From Rhina ancylostomus (lineage: Eukaryota), in contig JARFYF010000022.1 in NCBI GenBank assembly GCA_030265395.1, positions 25,825,427-25,885,975 of the forward strand: 60,549 nt of DNA, in the 5' to 3' direction. Positions 1 through 13,690 of this stretch are shown one piece after another; position 1 is the stretch's first letter, and every line of letters starts with the position of its first letter. The notes beneath the pieces were generated by a model. It searched no databases. It was not told the DNA's origin and saw only the letters and a program-made list of their open reading frames with translations. The position numbers and the translations under genes are program-made.

Positions 1-1129
1 TGTGATTATTATGACCTAGATAAGAATGAGAAATGTTCTCTGTATCAATGTGCTGATGGTATTCATTGCTTTTTGGTTTCTAAAATACATTTGCTGTCAA
101 GATTGAATCTGTTGTCTGTTGTTAATCATGCCGATTTGCACCTTGAGTGATCTAATCATTCCCATGTGCAGTTTCATACATCAGATTTTCATCATTTTGG
201 TTGTAGGCTTGCCAACTATCTCTTATTCTTTATAAAGTATATCATAATGCTATGTCAATACTTGTGCCAGAAGAACATCTCTTGGAAAGCAAAGTCAACT
301 TTTATGTAAGTATATAAAATCAGTGTTGTCAGCCAAGTGCCATGGAGGGGATTGCTCAAGTGACCTAGTTTATATCCTTGCAATGAAAGAGCTTAAGTGT
401 CAGTTTGACTTATTGGATAAGAATCTCTTGTTGTGGCAGAGACAGGCATACATGTTTAGCTGAAAGCCATGAAAGTCCCTAAAATAATTCACAGAATTAA
501 AAAAAATGTCATGATTACCCCAAAGCCTACTGTGAAAATCAGGTTTGCATTATGCATAATGTTTACATTGTATTTCAGATATCAGCATGTGGTATGGGAT
601 CTTATTTATAAAGGAAACAAAAACCGTGCCATTAAGAGAAGCTGTTCAGTAACTTGAGGATTACTTTATTGTGACAGTTCTTTTTCATAATTCCTTAAAT
701 AGCGGAGTTAATTTTACCCCTCTCGCATAGTCCCTGCAATGGATGCAAGATGGTCAATGAAGTATTAAATTGGTAAAAATGGGGCAAGTGGTCTTTTTGC
801 TTGTTCAACTCTAGTGGGTTTGTGGTTGGGTGAGTACTCTTTTCCTGAGAGGGCTGAGTACTATTTCATTGTATGCAACTTTTCTCCACATATTTGTATA
901 TACTTTTACTGCTAGTTATGCCAAACAGGCTTCTGTTTTTGTTTGTATCATTGTGTCACGTGATGAACATTGTGGTTTAAATCAAATGAAGTGCCTGTCA
1001 TTATGGCACTATGTTATAAAAGTTTATTTTATAAAGACAGTTTTAAACTTATTAAACAATATTTGGATTTACTGGTTTTTTTACTGGACCCCAGCCCTCA
1101 AGTGCTAAAGACAAGGCTGAGGCATTTGC

Positions 1130-1900
1130 AACAGAATTGTCGGTGGATGATCCACCTGGGTCAGCTCCTGAAGCTGTCATCATCACACTTGGTCTTTGGC
1201 CAATTCAATTCACTTGAAATGATATCAAGCAACAGCTGAGAGCAGTGTGCACTGCAAGGACTATGATCCCTGACAACATCCCAGGCAAAGTGCTGAATGC
1301 TTGTGCTCTAGAACTGAATGCATCTCCAGCCAAGCTATACTGGTACAGTTACAATAGTGGCAGTAATATGGAACCTTGCTCAGATATTTCCCTTGTAAAA
1401 CAAAATAACACATATCCAATCAGATGAGTTGCTGTCTTTGTAGTCTGTTCCCGAAGTGAAGGAAAATGTTGATGGCAATGCTAACAGGTGATATCTACTC
1501 AGCAGTAAATTGCTAACAAGTGATCTTTTTGGGTCATTGCAGACACTCAGCTCCAAACCTTTTTCGCAGTCCTGGTTCAAACATAAACAAAGAGCTGAAT
1601 TCATGAGAAGAAGTGAGGATGTTATTGATGTTAATGAAATGTTTGGCCAAAGACATCAAGTAACCCCAGTAAAACTGAACATTGAGAAACCTGTCCACTG
1701 ACTGGAGTTGAACTTCACTCAAACGAAGATGATTGTTGTTGTTGGATATCAATCACATTCCTAACACAACATTGCTGGAGTCTATTTTCATGGGCCCAAC
1801 TAATTTTAGCCACTTCATTAACAACTTCCCTCTCTCATAATATAAGAAGTGTGAGTGTTTGTTGATAATTGCACAAGGTTTAGTTCTGTCACAATACCTC
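1130..1900 (+). mobile_element. Decayed LINE reverse-transcriptase fragment (CR1/L2 group); boundaries approximate
   Basis: ORF 1245-1427 contains PDNIPGKVLNACALEL...PAKL, resembling the GPDxI...LK...EL RT-proximal motif; many stops. Confidence 0.55.
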
Positions 1901-1914
1901 AAATGAAAATGAAA

Positions 1915-2400
1915 CTAATGTGGGCACGGCAGAGTCTTCCACAGTCGGGACAGGAGGTGCCTGACAGGGCAGATGGGTGGGTAGTTTGTTAGGTGGTGCG
2001 CTCCTTCCACCACTGAAACGGGCTTCTGTGAGCTCCAAGTGCAAGGACTTGGGGTTCTCAATGCTGGCCTGATTCCCCCTTCTCCATTTTGAGCAGTTGC
2101 AGACCAGGGATTCTGAGGAGTGAGTGTGGATGTTGCATTTCTTCAAGGAGATTGATTATATCCTTGAATCTTCTCTTCTAACTGCCTGGTAATTGCTTCC
2201 CATGGCAGAGCTTTGTGTAGNNNNNNNNNNNNNNNNNNNNNNNNNNNNNNNNNNNNNNNNNNNNNNNNNNNNNNNNNNNNNNNNNNNNNNNNNNNNNNNN
2301 NNNNNNNNNNNNNNNNNNNNCTTCTAACTGCCTGGTAAGTGCTTCCCATGGCAGAGCTTTGTGTAGAGTGTCTGTTTTGGGAGTCTAATGACAGGAACAA
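1915..2400 (-). mobile_element. RTE-like LINE 3' fragment; boundaries approximate
   Basis: KKCNIHTHSSESL...SKWRR, plus a C-terminal zinc-finger remnant SCPDCGRLCRAHI in another frame. Confidence 0.65.
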
Positions 2401-5400
2401 CTTGACCCTCCCTATGTAGCCAGCTGATATCAGATGTGGCCCAGGAGAAGATAACTGATATTGGCTCAATTCACTTTCCAGTGAATTTGGAGAATTTTGC
2501 TGCAGATCAAGTCACCTGTGCCACCTTATGAGAGGGGCACTACACTCTTGACTTTCTCGTTCTCTGTGATGTGGAAGACCACAACATTCTCCTTCAGTGC
2601 CTTTTCTCTGTGGTTCGGTAGACCACCGTTGATTAATTCTAGTTTTAATTAATCAGCTGTCAAGCAAAAACCATGTATGCTTTCTGCTGTATAATCTCCC
2701 ACAACTACAGTTAATAAGTAGGAGATAAATCTCTTTGAAAGGAAATCAGAGAATGGGGAAGTTCCCAGAAGTAACAACTTATAAATTTTAAAATATATCC
2801 TTTTCCTTCTGTTTGTTCTGGGATTCAAAGGAAATGATGAAAATAAATTTTAAAGTTATATTAGATTATTCATACTTAGATGGAGATTGTAAATAAAAGT
2901 TCTGAATATTGTTGTATATATTTGAACAGAACTTTTTAGAACTATGGTGCTTACAATAGTATTCTGTAAATGGAGAAACAAATCACAGTAATGTTGCCTT
3001 ACAATTTGTATACATTTTGACCACTTATTTCTTAAAATTTACATCCCAAACTGAACTATAAGGAACTGCCTTGCATACTTCATGAGATGTTTATTTTGTA
3101 AGGAGCAATAATGCAGAAGACTGCTGTTATAAAATTTTCTGAGCGATCTTGCAAATCACTATTCAAATATTTGCAGTGGAAATGTCCAGAAACATCCTCT
3201 CTCTTGACCTTTTTGTCACTCCAATGCCAAGCAATGACAAAAGCACTGACTCATTAGGAGCAAGNNNNNNNNNNNNNNNNNNNNNNNNNNNNNNNNNNNN
3301 NNNNNNNNNNNNNNNNNNNNNNNNTCTGCTTTGAACTAAAGTACACTTTGCTGCTTAACATACCTCAAAGTTTGTGCAACATTGGCTGAATCAACACACA
3401 GGTACGCAAGATGCACCATTTTCCCTCAGGCTGATTTTATGCAATTTTCACATGTGATAGTATTTAATAAGTCATAGGTCTAGCTGGATAATGTAAATAA
3501 TTTACTGTTTTTGCCTGTAGCCACCTTTTTAGCACTGTGGAACATAACTGAATATCACAGAAATGTGATGACTGGATGTGAGGCCCTGCCAAATTATGGT
3601 GTAAAATATTAAATGTCTGTGAAGCAACCTCAGTCTACCTTTTGAGTCTTATACTGTGCTTATTCAGGAAATATTCAAATGATTCATATCTTAATAATTA
3701 AAAGAAATGTGTTTAAATACATAATAAAGCCAGAAAATGTGGAAGCAAAAATTTCAAGTTAATGATTTTCATCAGAACTGAGATAAGGAATTTAACAGGA
3801 TGAAACTTCATCTGGTGAGAGAATCCAGAAGGAAAGGTTAGATCACTGGTGATGACCCTTTGGAATTAATGGACTATTTGTTCAGTGCACATGGCTCTTA
3901 TATGCCAGGTGCCTATTTCGTTAGAAAATAGAATGCAAATTTAAGATATTGTTTCCATAAGAACTGTAGGTTGAAATTAATATTCAAAAAATTTCCTGAG
4001 TATGACATGGAAGAGCATATTATTCTCCTGGGGTGTGTATTCTCCATCAGTCACTGCACTGAGATGGTTGTTTCATTATTCTGCCCTGATCAGTTGTAAG
4101 ACAAGTTTCTGCTACATCATCTCTTGCAGCTACAGATGGCAAAGAGAAGAACCCAGCTACCTTTAGAAAGGAAATCAGAAAGCGGGGAAGTATCTAGGAG
4201 TAGATATCCTACTTGCTGTGATTGTTTATTCTTAAAATTAGACCACAACAGTAAAGGGGTGTAGTTCCTCAAAATAATGCCTCTTACACTGCATGTGATT
4301 TAACATAAAATAGGTTACCGTCTGTTTTGCAAAGAGTAAAAGCATAGCAAAACAGCTAGAATACTTTTTTTTGCATATTGATCTTCCTGTCTGATATCCA
4401 GAAAATGCTGACTCCCACATAGCTATGATTCCACCAAAGGCATCAGCTGCTGTCCTTTGCCTTACATAAATGCCAGTCTTCACCTCTGAACCTACCCAAT
4501 TAATAGAGGGCTGTTTAACCATAGATGTCATTATAACTTGGCTCAACAATGTCCAACAGTTGGCATTTGAACAGAAAGAAACTTCCAGATTCACCCAATC
4601 CCATAGCCTTCAAAGGCCAGGACCCTGAAGTCATTTGGAACAGTGTGAAGACAAAAGGAACTGCAGGTGCTTGAATCTGGAACAGGAAACAGAATGCTGG
4701 AAGAACTCAGCGGGTTAAGCAGCATCTGTGGAGGCAAAGGGTGTAAGTCAANNNNNNNNNNNNNNNNNNNNNNNNNNNNNNNNNNNNNNNNNNNNNNNNN
4801 NNNNNNNNNNNNNNNNNNNNNNNNNNNNNNNNNNNNNNNNNNNNNNNNNNNAGGAAACAGAATGCTGGAAGAACTCAGCAGGTTAAGCAGCATCTGTGGA
4901 GGCAAAGGGTGTAAGTCAACGGTCCATGTCGAGATCCTGCATCAGTCCCAAAGCACTTCACAATAGAACAATCCAACAAAAAAAATGTCGGGACGAACAG
5001 CTAGGCTGTAATGAACACTGAGAGGTTGGGAGGGTAAGAAATTTAGTGAGGATCTGATTTTGCTTAGCACCACATCAGCTGAAGGCAAATTGGCTAGTGC
5101 TAGAGTGATTAATTTCGGGTATAAGACACAAGAATCATAGTCTCAGAATTCAAATTAGTCGAATTAGTTCAAATCCATTAATCATCCTTAGATTATTATT
5201 CATCTACATATCATATTTGTTGATGGTGTTGTTTTTACTTGAGCCATGAGGGAAATTACACTTAAATATACGCCAATACAAAAAAATACATGAGCACAGA
5301 AACATACTTGCATTCAAACTCAGTGTTATTTTTGTTCTGTTTAATTCCTCATTTTATAGTGACACATATGTCCTTTATGTCTGAGACAGAAGACATGCAC

Positions 5401-8400
5401 ATGGTGATATTTATTTTGTATTTGGTTTTGTTTGTGGCTTATTAACACCATTTTTGTGAAACTGGCATCAACTCCACTTGTTTGTGGTCCACAGTCACCA
5501 CAGCAGCTGGTGGACAGTCTGCTTACAATAGATTCCATATGTGCATAGACCATTGTGTTGGAATTTACAGGGTTCAAGCCATTAAATAATGGGCATTGAA
5601 ACACAACACTTTTTATCCCCCTCTTAAAATCCATTTATAGTAGACTAGATCTAACAGAGGGATAAGGATGTGCGTGTGAACTCCATGTCTACATTCAAAT
5701 GCAATTTAGTGTTGGCAAGTGAACTTTAGTTTTGGCAAGATGTGCTTTGCCTGTGTAACAAGAAAATCTTTATAGTTGTGTTTATTAAATATATCATAAA
5801 AGCTCTGATATGCTACTGGGAAGCAAAAGAATTTCAAAACACACCAAGTCTTGAAAGCAGTTGTGTAATTTTCTACAGCTATTTGATGGATGTATGCATT
5901 TTGCTTGCAAACTATGCATTTCCTTACAAGACATTATATGAATTGGGAAATCAAATTTGTTCTTGGGCAGATGAAGTACCAGAAATCTAAAGTCAAAACA
6001 GATTATGTTGCATGTTCTCAGCAGGTGAGGCAGCATTTTTGGAGAGAGGATCAAAGCTAGTGTTTCAGTCCGTGCTTAATCCAACTTGCTGCTTCCACTT
6101 GCCTTTTGCGCAACCCCCTCCTCTCCAATGGCACTGCAGTACCAGTAGAATGGATCAGAGACATTTAAGGACTGTTGAAAATGATTAAATTATTTCTGAA
6201 AACTAAAACATTTTTAAAAATAAAGCTACTTTTAACAAAAAGTAAATACATGGTGAAATAAAAATGAACAAAAATCCAACAAATATACACGTTGGATGAT
6301 GGTCAGAAGAATAGGTCAATGCTAAATATAATGCTGCTGACATAAAACTGAGTGGCCAGACATGAAATGTATCTGGTCTCTCGTATGTGGCTCCTTGTCA
6401 CAGTAAGTTACAGAATGCCTTTGAATTCAATGATGAGTCCAGGGGAACAGCAGAAGGTGAGATATGCTTGCATCTATCCTCTATTGCATTCTTCTATGCT
6501 GCAGACCTTCTCCACAATACTGCCAGCTAGCCATCAGAATGATCTCCCCAATAATTTGGTTTCTCTCTCTATTTATGCTGCCTGACCTGCTAAGAATTTC
6601 CAGTATTTTATTTTTTTTATTTCCAATGACTGTAAAACTTCTTTATTTCTCATCTTGAAGGATTCAGGATCTGTTACTAAGTTCCATTGCTTCCTTTAAA
6701 ATGAGCAATGTTCTGTTGGAAAAGCATTTTGATGATAAGTCTGCAAGTGACTAGGCTGCCACCCATGTTCCTTTCATGTGTTTGTGCTGTAATTAATGTG
6801 GAAAACATGCTGTCTGCTTAGTCACTAGAGGTGACAGAATGTTGCAGTGGTAACCTTCATTGTGGTTTTAAAAAAAATTCTCATGAATGTTTATTTCTGA
6901 TTTTTACATTTGTATAATTTGAGGTTCTTTTTATCAGCTCCAGTCGGGCAAGGAAAGAGTTTGTTTCTATCATCGATGTCAGCATAGTGCTTTGGCCTTT
7001 TTAAAGTAGCGGAGTCAAACAATGGTTGATGAATTAAATGGAAACTGAGGCTGTTCATTTTTCACTGTACTAAAATTGCTCTTGCAAATTTATTCCCTGC
7101 CTCCTTTCTTTCCAGTATTATGAGTTAATGTGGTTCACTTTAATATCTTCCCCTAAAATGCTGGCTACTTTTACTGGGGGAGAATGAGCAACCCAATTAC
7201 AAGCAGCTGACATTTGTTTATTGGCGATATCGGATAATGGACTGTGAAGAATTTTGGGAAAAGGAAATGGTGTTTTTGGACCTTGAGCAGATTGTGAAAA
7301 ATGTTTGCTATGTTCAGACCTAAACTCACATCTTCACTGTGTTCCAAACCACCATCCAGCCACTATATCTCGTTGTAATGAGATTTAATAAGCTCCTAGT
7401 GCAGTAAAAATCCAGTGATACAGAATATGGCAAGTTCTTAAGGAAATTAAAAGACTGACTTCAGCTTTTTGTGCTAACAGGTTAAATCTGCATTGCAATG
7501 AAATTTTTTGCTGCAACTGTTTCAAAGTGATTTTTCCAGAAGGGCTTTTGGCACATTGATGAGTAGTTTTGGATCAAACCTGATCATTTCAATAGTATGT
7601 TTTAAGCCTTTATGATATCAGAGTTTTGTACAAGACTAAGAGATTTTATTTTTGATGTTTTGCCACTCTTCGTTTTTAGGCACTTAGGAACAAATGTAGC
7701 TGTTTATGGTTGATGCCAGTTGTGCCTGTATGTTCTTCCAATAAGTTTTGTTTTTGCACAAGCTTAGTCCATTAATTGAGTTACATTCAAATGTTGCAGA
7801 AATCTATATTGCAAGAAATTAAGAATGAATGACAGGTGCTGATGTGTTGGTGCGTTGCTGCATGATCACAGCTGGTGACATGATCGACAGTCACAAGTGT
7901 TCAAATGCATGTATCGATGGACATACACATTAATATCTTTGTTTATACAACAAAGTTCTAAAAAGTCTGATTTGCTAAGTTGATTGTGTGAATTTGTAAA
8001 GGAAAAATACCTTTAGGCAGAAAAGTAATGGCTGTGTTATATTATGATACAGGTCATAACTTAAGATTTAAAAGATCCCTGAAGATTTTTCCCATTTTTC
8101 AGAATTTCATTGTGCCCAGTTTTGCATTTTCACTCCTTAACTGATTTTTGGAGACATTCTGGCTCCAAGTATTATTCTACATATCTGTAACTAATTAAAG
8201 AGGATTATTCAAAAACTGGCTTTGTTTATTTCCTCACCTCATCCATCCCAAGCAATCTAGTGGTAAACTAGCAGCATTTTCAAACCTGTGTACCTGACAA
8301 ATTACAGAACACTTGAGTGTTCTGTAATCCACACCATCCTTCTCTACTGAATATTCCACTATTTTTGTTTTGGACGTAACTAAAATTGGCTTAATTTTGA

Positions 8401-11396
8401 ATCAAAGGATCAATACAGCAATGAGTACTTTAAAGGAGTTGCCTTGGACCATATTTGTTTTCAATTACTTTGTGTAATTTATTTTCTTCATTCGGACATC
8501 ACACGGTAGATGTTATTCTGTTTTAAATGTATATTCATGTTTTTGCTATATAAATGATTTTTAAGAATTTCTTTTTATAATCAAGGAAATGGAATTTAAA
8601 CACACTTCCTCAGATTCAGGAAGTGCTGAAGTTGATATCGGTGTGTTTCCTCCAGCTGGTATGAATCATGCCCTAGTCTGGACAGGAAAGAATACAAGGT
8701 CAAAGAAAACATCTCTGAGAGAACTCTTGGTTTTGTTGATTTTTCTCTAAAAATTGGTTAGAAGTCAGAGGCTAATTTGATTGGGATGTACAAGACTATT
8801 CATTCACTAATTTTTAGTGGTATGTTCTCTCCTTGTTTTCTGAGTTATTATGTCCCTAATTATAATGGAAACCACCTATGTAAACTTGCCCACTTGTAAG
8901 TTCATACTCCTACATGAGGCATTGATGACAGAAGAGCTAGATGGAAAAGGGAAATAGGAGGCAAGGAATATAAAGCATAATAGGAAAAATTAAGTAGAAA
9001 GGAGAGAAGGTAAAAGATGGACAGAAAGAATGCAGAAATTGAATAAGTAGTTTAATGGGCAACCCTAATTTTTAAACAATAAATCATAGTTCTAGCATCT
9101 CCCACAAGAAGAAAGATCCTCTGCACTTCTACCCTGTCAAGACCTCTCAGGATCATATTGGTAAACTGAAGTGAACTAATAGGCAGATGGTAAACCAACC
9201 AAGAAAGCTTCCTTATGGGTTTTGTTCTACATCCAAAAAAGTTAGGCTTTATTCCCTGCCTCCTTTATTTCCAGTAAAATTAGTTGATGTGGCTCACTTT
9301 AATATCTTACCCTAAAATGCAGGCTACTTTTACTGGGACAGAATGAGCAACCCAATTACAAGCAACTGACGTTTTTTATTGGTGATGAAGGATAGTAGAC
9401 TGTGAAGAATTTTGGGCCTAAATTCATGTCTTCACTGTGTTCCAAACCACCATCCAGCCACTATATCTTGTAGTAATGTGATTTAATAAGCTCCTAGTGC
9501 AGTAAAAATCGAATGATACAGAATGTGGCAAGTTCTTAAGGAAATTAAAAGACTGAATGCAGAAATTGAATAAGTAGTTCAAGTAATTGAATAAGTAGTT
9601 TGAATAAGCAATCTTGGGTAAAGTTACAAGAATTCCAGTCCTGTATCCTGCCTTCTCCCCTCATAATCTACCCACCCTTCTGCTTCCCATTCCTCTCCCA
9701 TCCTCCTCAACAAGGACTGAATGATTTTAATTCTGGAAACTCAGTTCCAAATCAAGATGGCAACAGAGGTGATATAAAGTTGTTTCACTCCATTCACAGT
9801 TGTTTTGTCATTGAGGTGAATTTATGTAGACAAAACATATAAATGTGGAAATAGAACATTATAATAGAAAGAGTTGATACACAGCATGTTAAAAATGTCA
9901 AATGTCACAATAAAAACATGCTTTTTTTCTAAATGGGAAGAAATACACTGATTTTCTGGTCATTTGCTATAAATAGGAAAAAAATCACCTAAATCTTTTT
10001 AAGTTAGTAATTAAATATAGTGCTTGGATAAGGCCTATTGAGAAGTGTGGAATGTGGTGTAACCAAGGCTGAGAATAGATCTACTGATGAAGTCAGTAGT
10101 TCTCTACTGGGAAGTGGATGAATACTGGAAAATTAGTGTTGGATGAAATCCAGTTGTTTTCAGAAGCGCAAGATAGTTAGGTTTCTATTCCCTTGCTCAA
10201 CGAAGCTGCTTAATCCTGATTTCCCCCCCCCCCCCATCAATTCCATCAGGTGTTCTGTCAAATGCAGCAGCCAATACTACCACATNNNNNNNNNNNNNNN
10301 NNNNNNNNNNNNNNNNNNNNNNNNNNNNNNNNNNNNNNNNNNNNNNNNNNNNNNNNNNNNNNNNNNNNNNNNNNNNNNNNNNNNNGCCAGCAGGTGGACT
10401 GTCCAATGCAGCAGCCACTACTCCCACAGTCTACCCCCCGAACTGCTTCCCTACACCTCTCGAGGCTGGGACTCAAGGCTTCCATTTCCCAGTCCATGAA
10501 TTCCTATCAGTATTCAGAAACACTAGACTGCATCTGTAGTTCTCTTTGATATCAGAACTGATCCCATGGATTCTGAACACTAACATCATGTCAAATTTTC
10601 CAACACATCCTAGCATCTGCCCAACATTCCTAACATTTCCCTTAGCTTGGCCTTGGACCTCGACCAAATCTTGACACTCTCAGGTAACTCTAGTTTGTAG
10701 AAGTAATTTTGCTTGGTTCTATTATTCTTATAAAACCTTCAGCTCATCATGACTTTGGCTATGGAAAATCACCACAGAGATCACAGGAATACACATTAGT
10801 AGTGAAGAAAAGTGCAATATTACTTTAGAAATAGAATTCCCCTCATTTTCTCAGTAAGTGTAACAACTTTAACAAAATTTAAAGAAATGAATGTAAAGTT
10901 TATTTTTGAACCATTCAGTTTTTGTCTGAAATTAAAGCTCATCAGAACTGAAACCCCCAAGCTATCTTCAGAATCAATTTATTTTGTCAAGAAATTTTCT
11001 ACTATAGAAAATGAAATTGTAATCCTGAATTACCACGTGTTGGAAGTACAGAATATTGTTGAGAAATGTGAAATTTACAGCAGTGTAACGAAATTAAGTT
11101 GTGACACATTTGCCACAATAATATGTTGCAAATGGAAATCATTGGGAGAAATAAAAGCAAGTTTCAAAAACTGAATGCACGAATAATTCATAGAAAATAA
11201 ATGGTACTAAAGTAATTCCTGTCAGTTGATCATACCTTGACTGATTTGAAGAGGCCATTTTCTACATTGATTCTTTTTTGTTTTACAGTCTCAGGTAGAA
11301 TACAAGCCTAACTTTTTTGTATGCAGAATAAAACCCATAAGGAAACTTTCTTGGTTGATTTATCATCTGCCTGTTAGTTCACTTCAGTTTACCAAT

Positions 11397-11740
11397 ATGA
11401 TCCTGAGAGGTCTTGACAGTGTAGAAGTGCAGATGATCTTTCTTCTTGTGGGAGATGCTAGAACTATGATTTACTGTTTAAAAATTAAGAGTTGCCCGTT
11501 TAAGACAACAATGAGCTGAAAGTTTTTTCTTGAGGGTATTGAGTCTTTGGAACTCCTCAAAGAACAGTGGAAGCAAAGTTTTTGAATATTTTGAAGGCAG
11601 AGGTAGATAGATCCTTGATAAGCAAGAGGTTGAAAGGTTATCAAGGACAGGCAGGAATGCAGAGTCAAGGTTACAATCAGATCAGCCATGTTCTTATTGA
11701 ATTATGAAGCAAGCTGATGTACCTCTGCTCCCAATTCACT
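11397..11740 (+). mobile_element. Old CR1 LINE 3' fragment; boundaries approximate
   Basis: Typical CR1 ORF2 end (TTGAAGGCAGAGGTAGATAGA) and 3'UTR (AGATCAGCCATG..CTTATTGAA). Confidence 0.65.
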
Positions 11741-12099
11741 CATCCATTGAAATATTCTGTACTGTTAAAGAGGTGGTGGCAGCTGGCAGCAATGTTAGCA
11801 CGACCACAGGAGATAAAGATATGTAGCTTTACTGGCTGCTGACTCAGTCTTGGAATTTGCTTTTTATTCACTTTACATGCCTTTCCCAGATTTTATAGAA
11901 TTTTTACCACTTGGGGAAAAGACTGCAACAAGATTGAAGAATGTAGGTGCGTATAATTGTTTTTAGTTCCTTAAAAGGTTGACAGCTCACATACCATATG
12001 GAATAGATACCTTGTGGTGTATTTTAGCTCAGTATATTTTAATCACTAAGTGCAGGTCCACAAACAAGACTTTGGTAAATAAGGAACTTCAGTGAGATG

Positions 12100-13690
12100 A
12101 GGGCAACAGTATAGCTTTATACTTAAACAATTAAACAAATTAAACTATTTAAATGACTAAATGAATGGCAGCGCACTTGGTGTGTTGCAGCTACAGCATG
12201 TGGGAGATAATAGAAATCATTGTGATCCACGCTGAGCATAGCTGCAGCAAGAAATTTTAGTTCAGAGTTGATAAGCTGGAAACTGAGATTCAGACACTGT
12301 GATGCATCAGGAAGAGGGAAAGTTACCTGGATACTTTATTCCAAGAGGTAGTCATGCTACTTAGTTTAAGAATGACAGAACTTGTCAGCCAAGAGAGTCA
12401 GGAGGATGTAACTGTGACTAAGGCAGGTATAGAGATCCAGAAGTTAATGTTGGAGGAGTCTCCACTGTTGCACTTTACCAACATGTGCAAAGTTCTTGCA
12501 GCCTGTGTGGATAAGAGCAGAACTCACACGAGGATGAACAAATTGACCACAGCACTATAGTACAGATCAAGGGAATGGTAGGGCACAGTATAGTTTCTTA
12601 GATTCAAAGAGTTATACCACATGGAAACCAGCCCTTCGGTCAACTTGTCCATGCTGACCAATGTATCTATCCGTGCTAATGCCATTTGCCTGTGTTTGGC
12701 CCATACCCCACTAAACCTTTCCTATCCACGTACTTGTTCAAATGTAATTGTACCCACCTCTGTCTACCTCAGACAGGATGTTCCATATATCCACCATCCT
12801 CTCTGTGGAAAATCTTGACCCTAATATCCCCTTTAAATCTTTCCCCTTTTACCTTAAACCTGTGTCCTCTCATTTTAGACTCTCCTACTCTAGGGGAAAA
12901 GACTGTGACTATCTATCACATCTATGCCTCTCATAATCATATAAACTTCTAGAAGGTCACCACTCCACCTTCTAGGCTCCAGGGAAAACAGTCCCAGTCT
13001 ATCCAATCTCTCCTTATAACTCAAGCCCTCCAGCTCGGGAAATATTCCCGTGAATCTTTTCTGTACCCCTTCAAGCTTAACCACATGCTGCTTAATAGCA
13101 TGTTGACTAGAACCGTACACAATACTCCAAATGCAACCTAACCAACAATTTGTACAACTGTAACATGAAATCCCAACTCCTATACTCAGCATCACAGCTG
13201 ATGAAGGCAGGCACACCATATGCCTCCTTCACTACTCTGTCTACCTGTGTCACCACTTTCAAGGAACTATGTACTTGTACCCCAAGGTCTCGCTGTTTGC
13301 TAACACTCCCCAGGGCCCCTGGTTCTTGGGATTTGTACTGTCCTTTGCAGTCAAGAGTCCTGAAAGCTATGTTGCCTGCCTAGTGTTAGAGATCTCCTCA
13401 GGGTCAGTGATGAACTTGGAATGGGAAGGAAAAGATCTCATCATTGTCCAAGTGGGAACCAATGACAAACATAGAACAGAGATGTAGGTTTGGTTGTAAG
13501 AATTTGAGCAACCAGGATCCAAATTAGAAAGCAGACCTAGAAATGTAATAATCTCTGGGTTACTTTCTGAATCACATGCAAATTGGCATAGGTCAATAAG
13601 ATCAGAGAGTTGAATGAGGGGTGCAAAGACTCGTGTGGGACAAATGAGTTTCAATTCAAAGGGCACAGGCACCAGTTCCAGGCCAAGAAA
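12100..13690 (+). mobile_element. Decayed CR1 ORF1 region, interrupted by a younger antisense CR1
   Basis: Cys-rich N-terminal remnant near 12180-12250 and esterase block IIVQVGTND near 13440. Confidence 0.55.
12600..13320 (-). mobile_element. CR1 LINE 3' end, 5' truncated
   Basis: ORF 12890-13219: KLEGVQKRFTGIFPELEGLSYKERLDRLGLFSLEPRR...DLLEVYMIMRG. Confidence 0.9.

Noticed and set aside
2173-2367. Near-identical sequence on both sides of 100-N gaps (also 4684-4919, 18414-18713, 51597-51737)
   Set aside because: Typical unmerged contig overlaps or haplotype ends, not real tandem duplications.
2735-4200. Shared GAAAGGAAATCAGA..GGGGAAGT motif near 2737 and 4166
   Set aside because: Too short and diverged to interpret; likely remnants of an old repeat.
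6820-6836. Partial CTCF-like motif (similar ones near 4128 and 41973)
   Set aside because: Mismatches at core positions; expected by chance.
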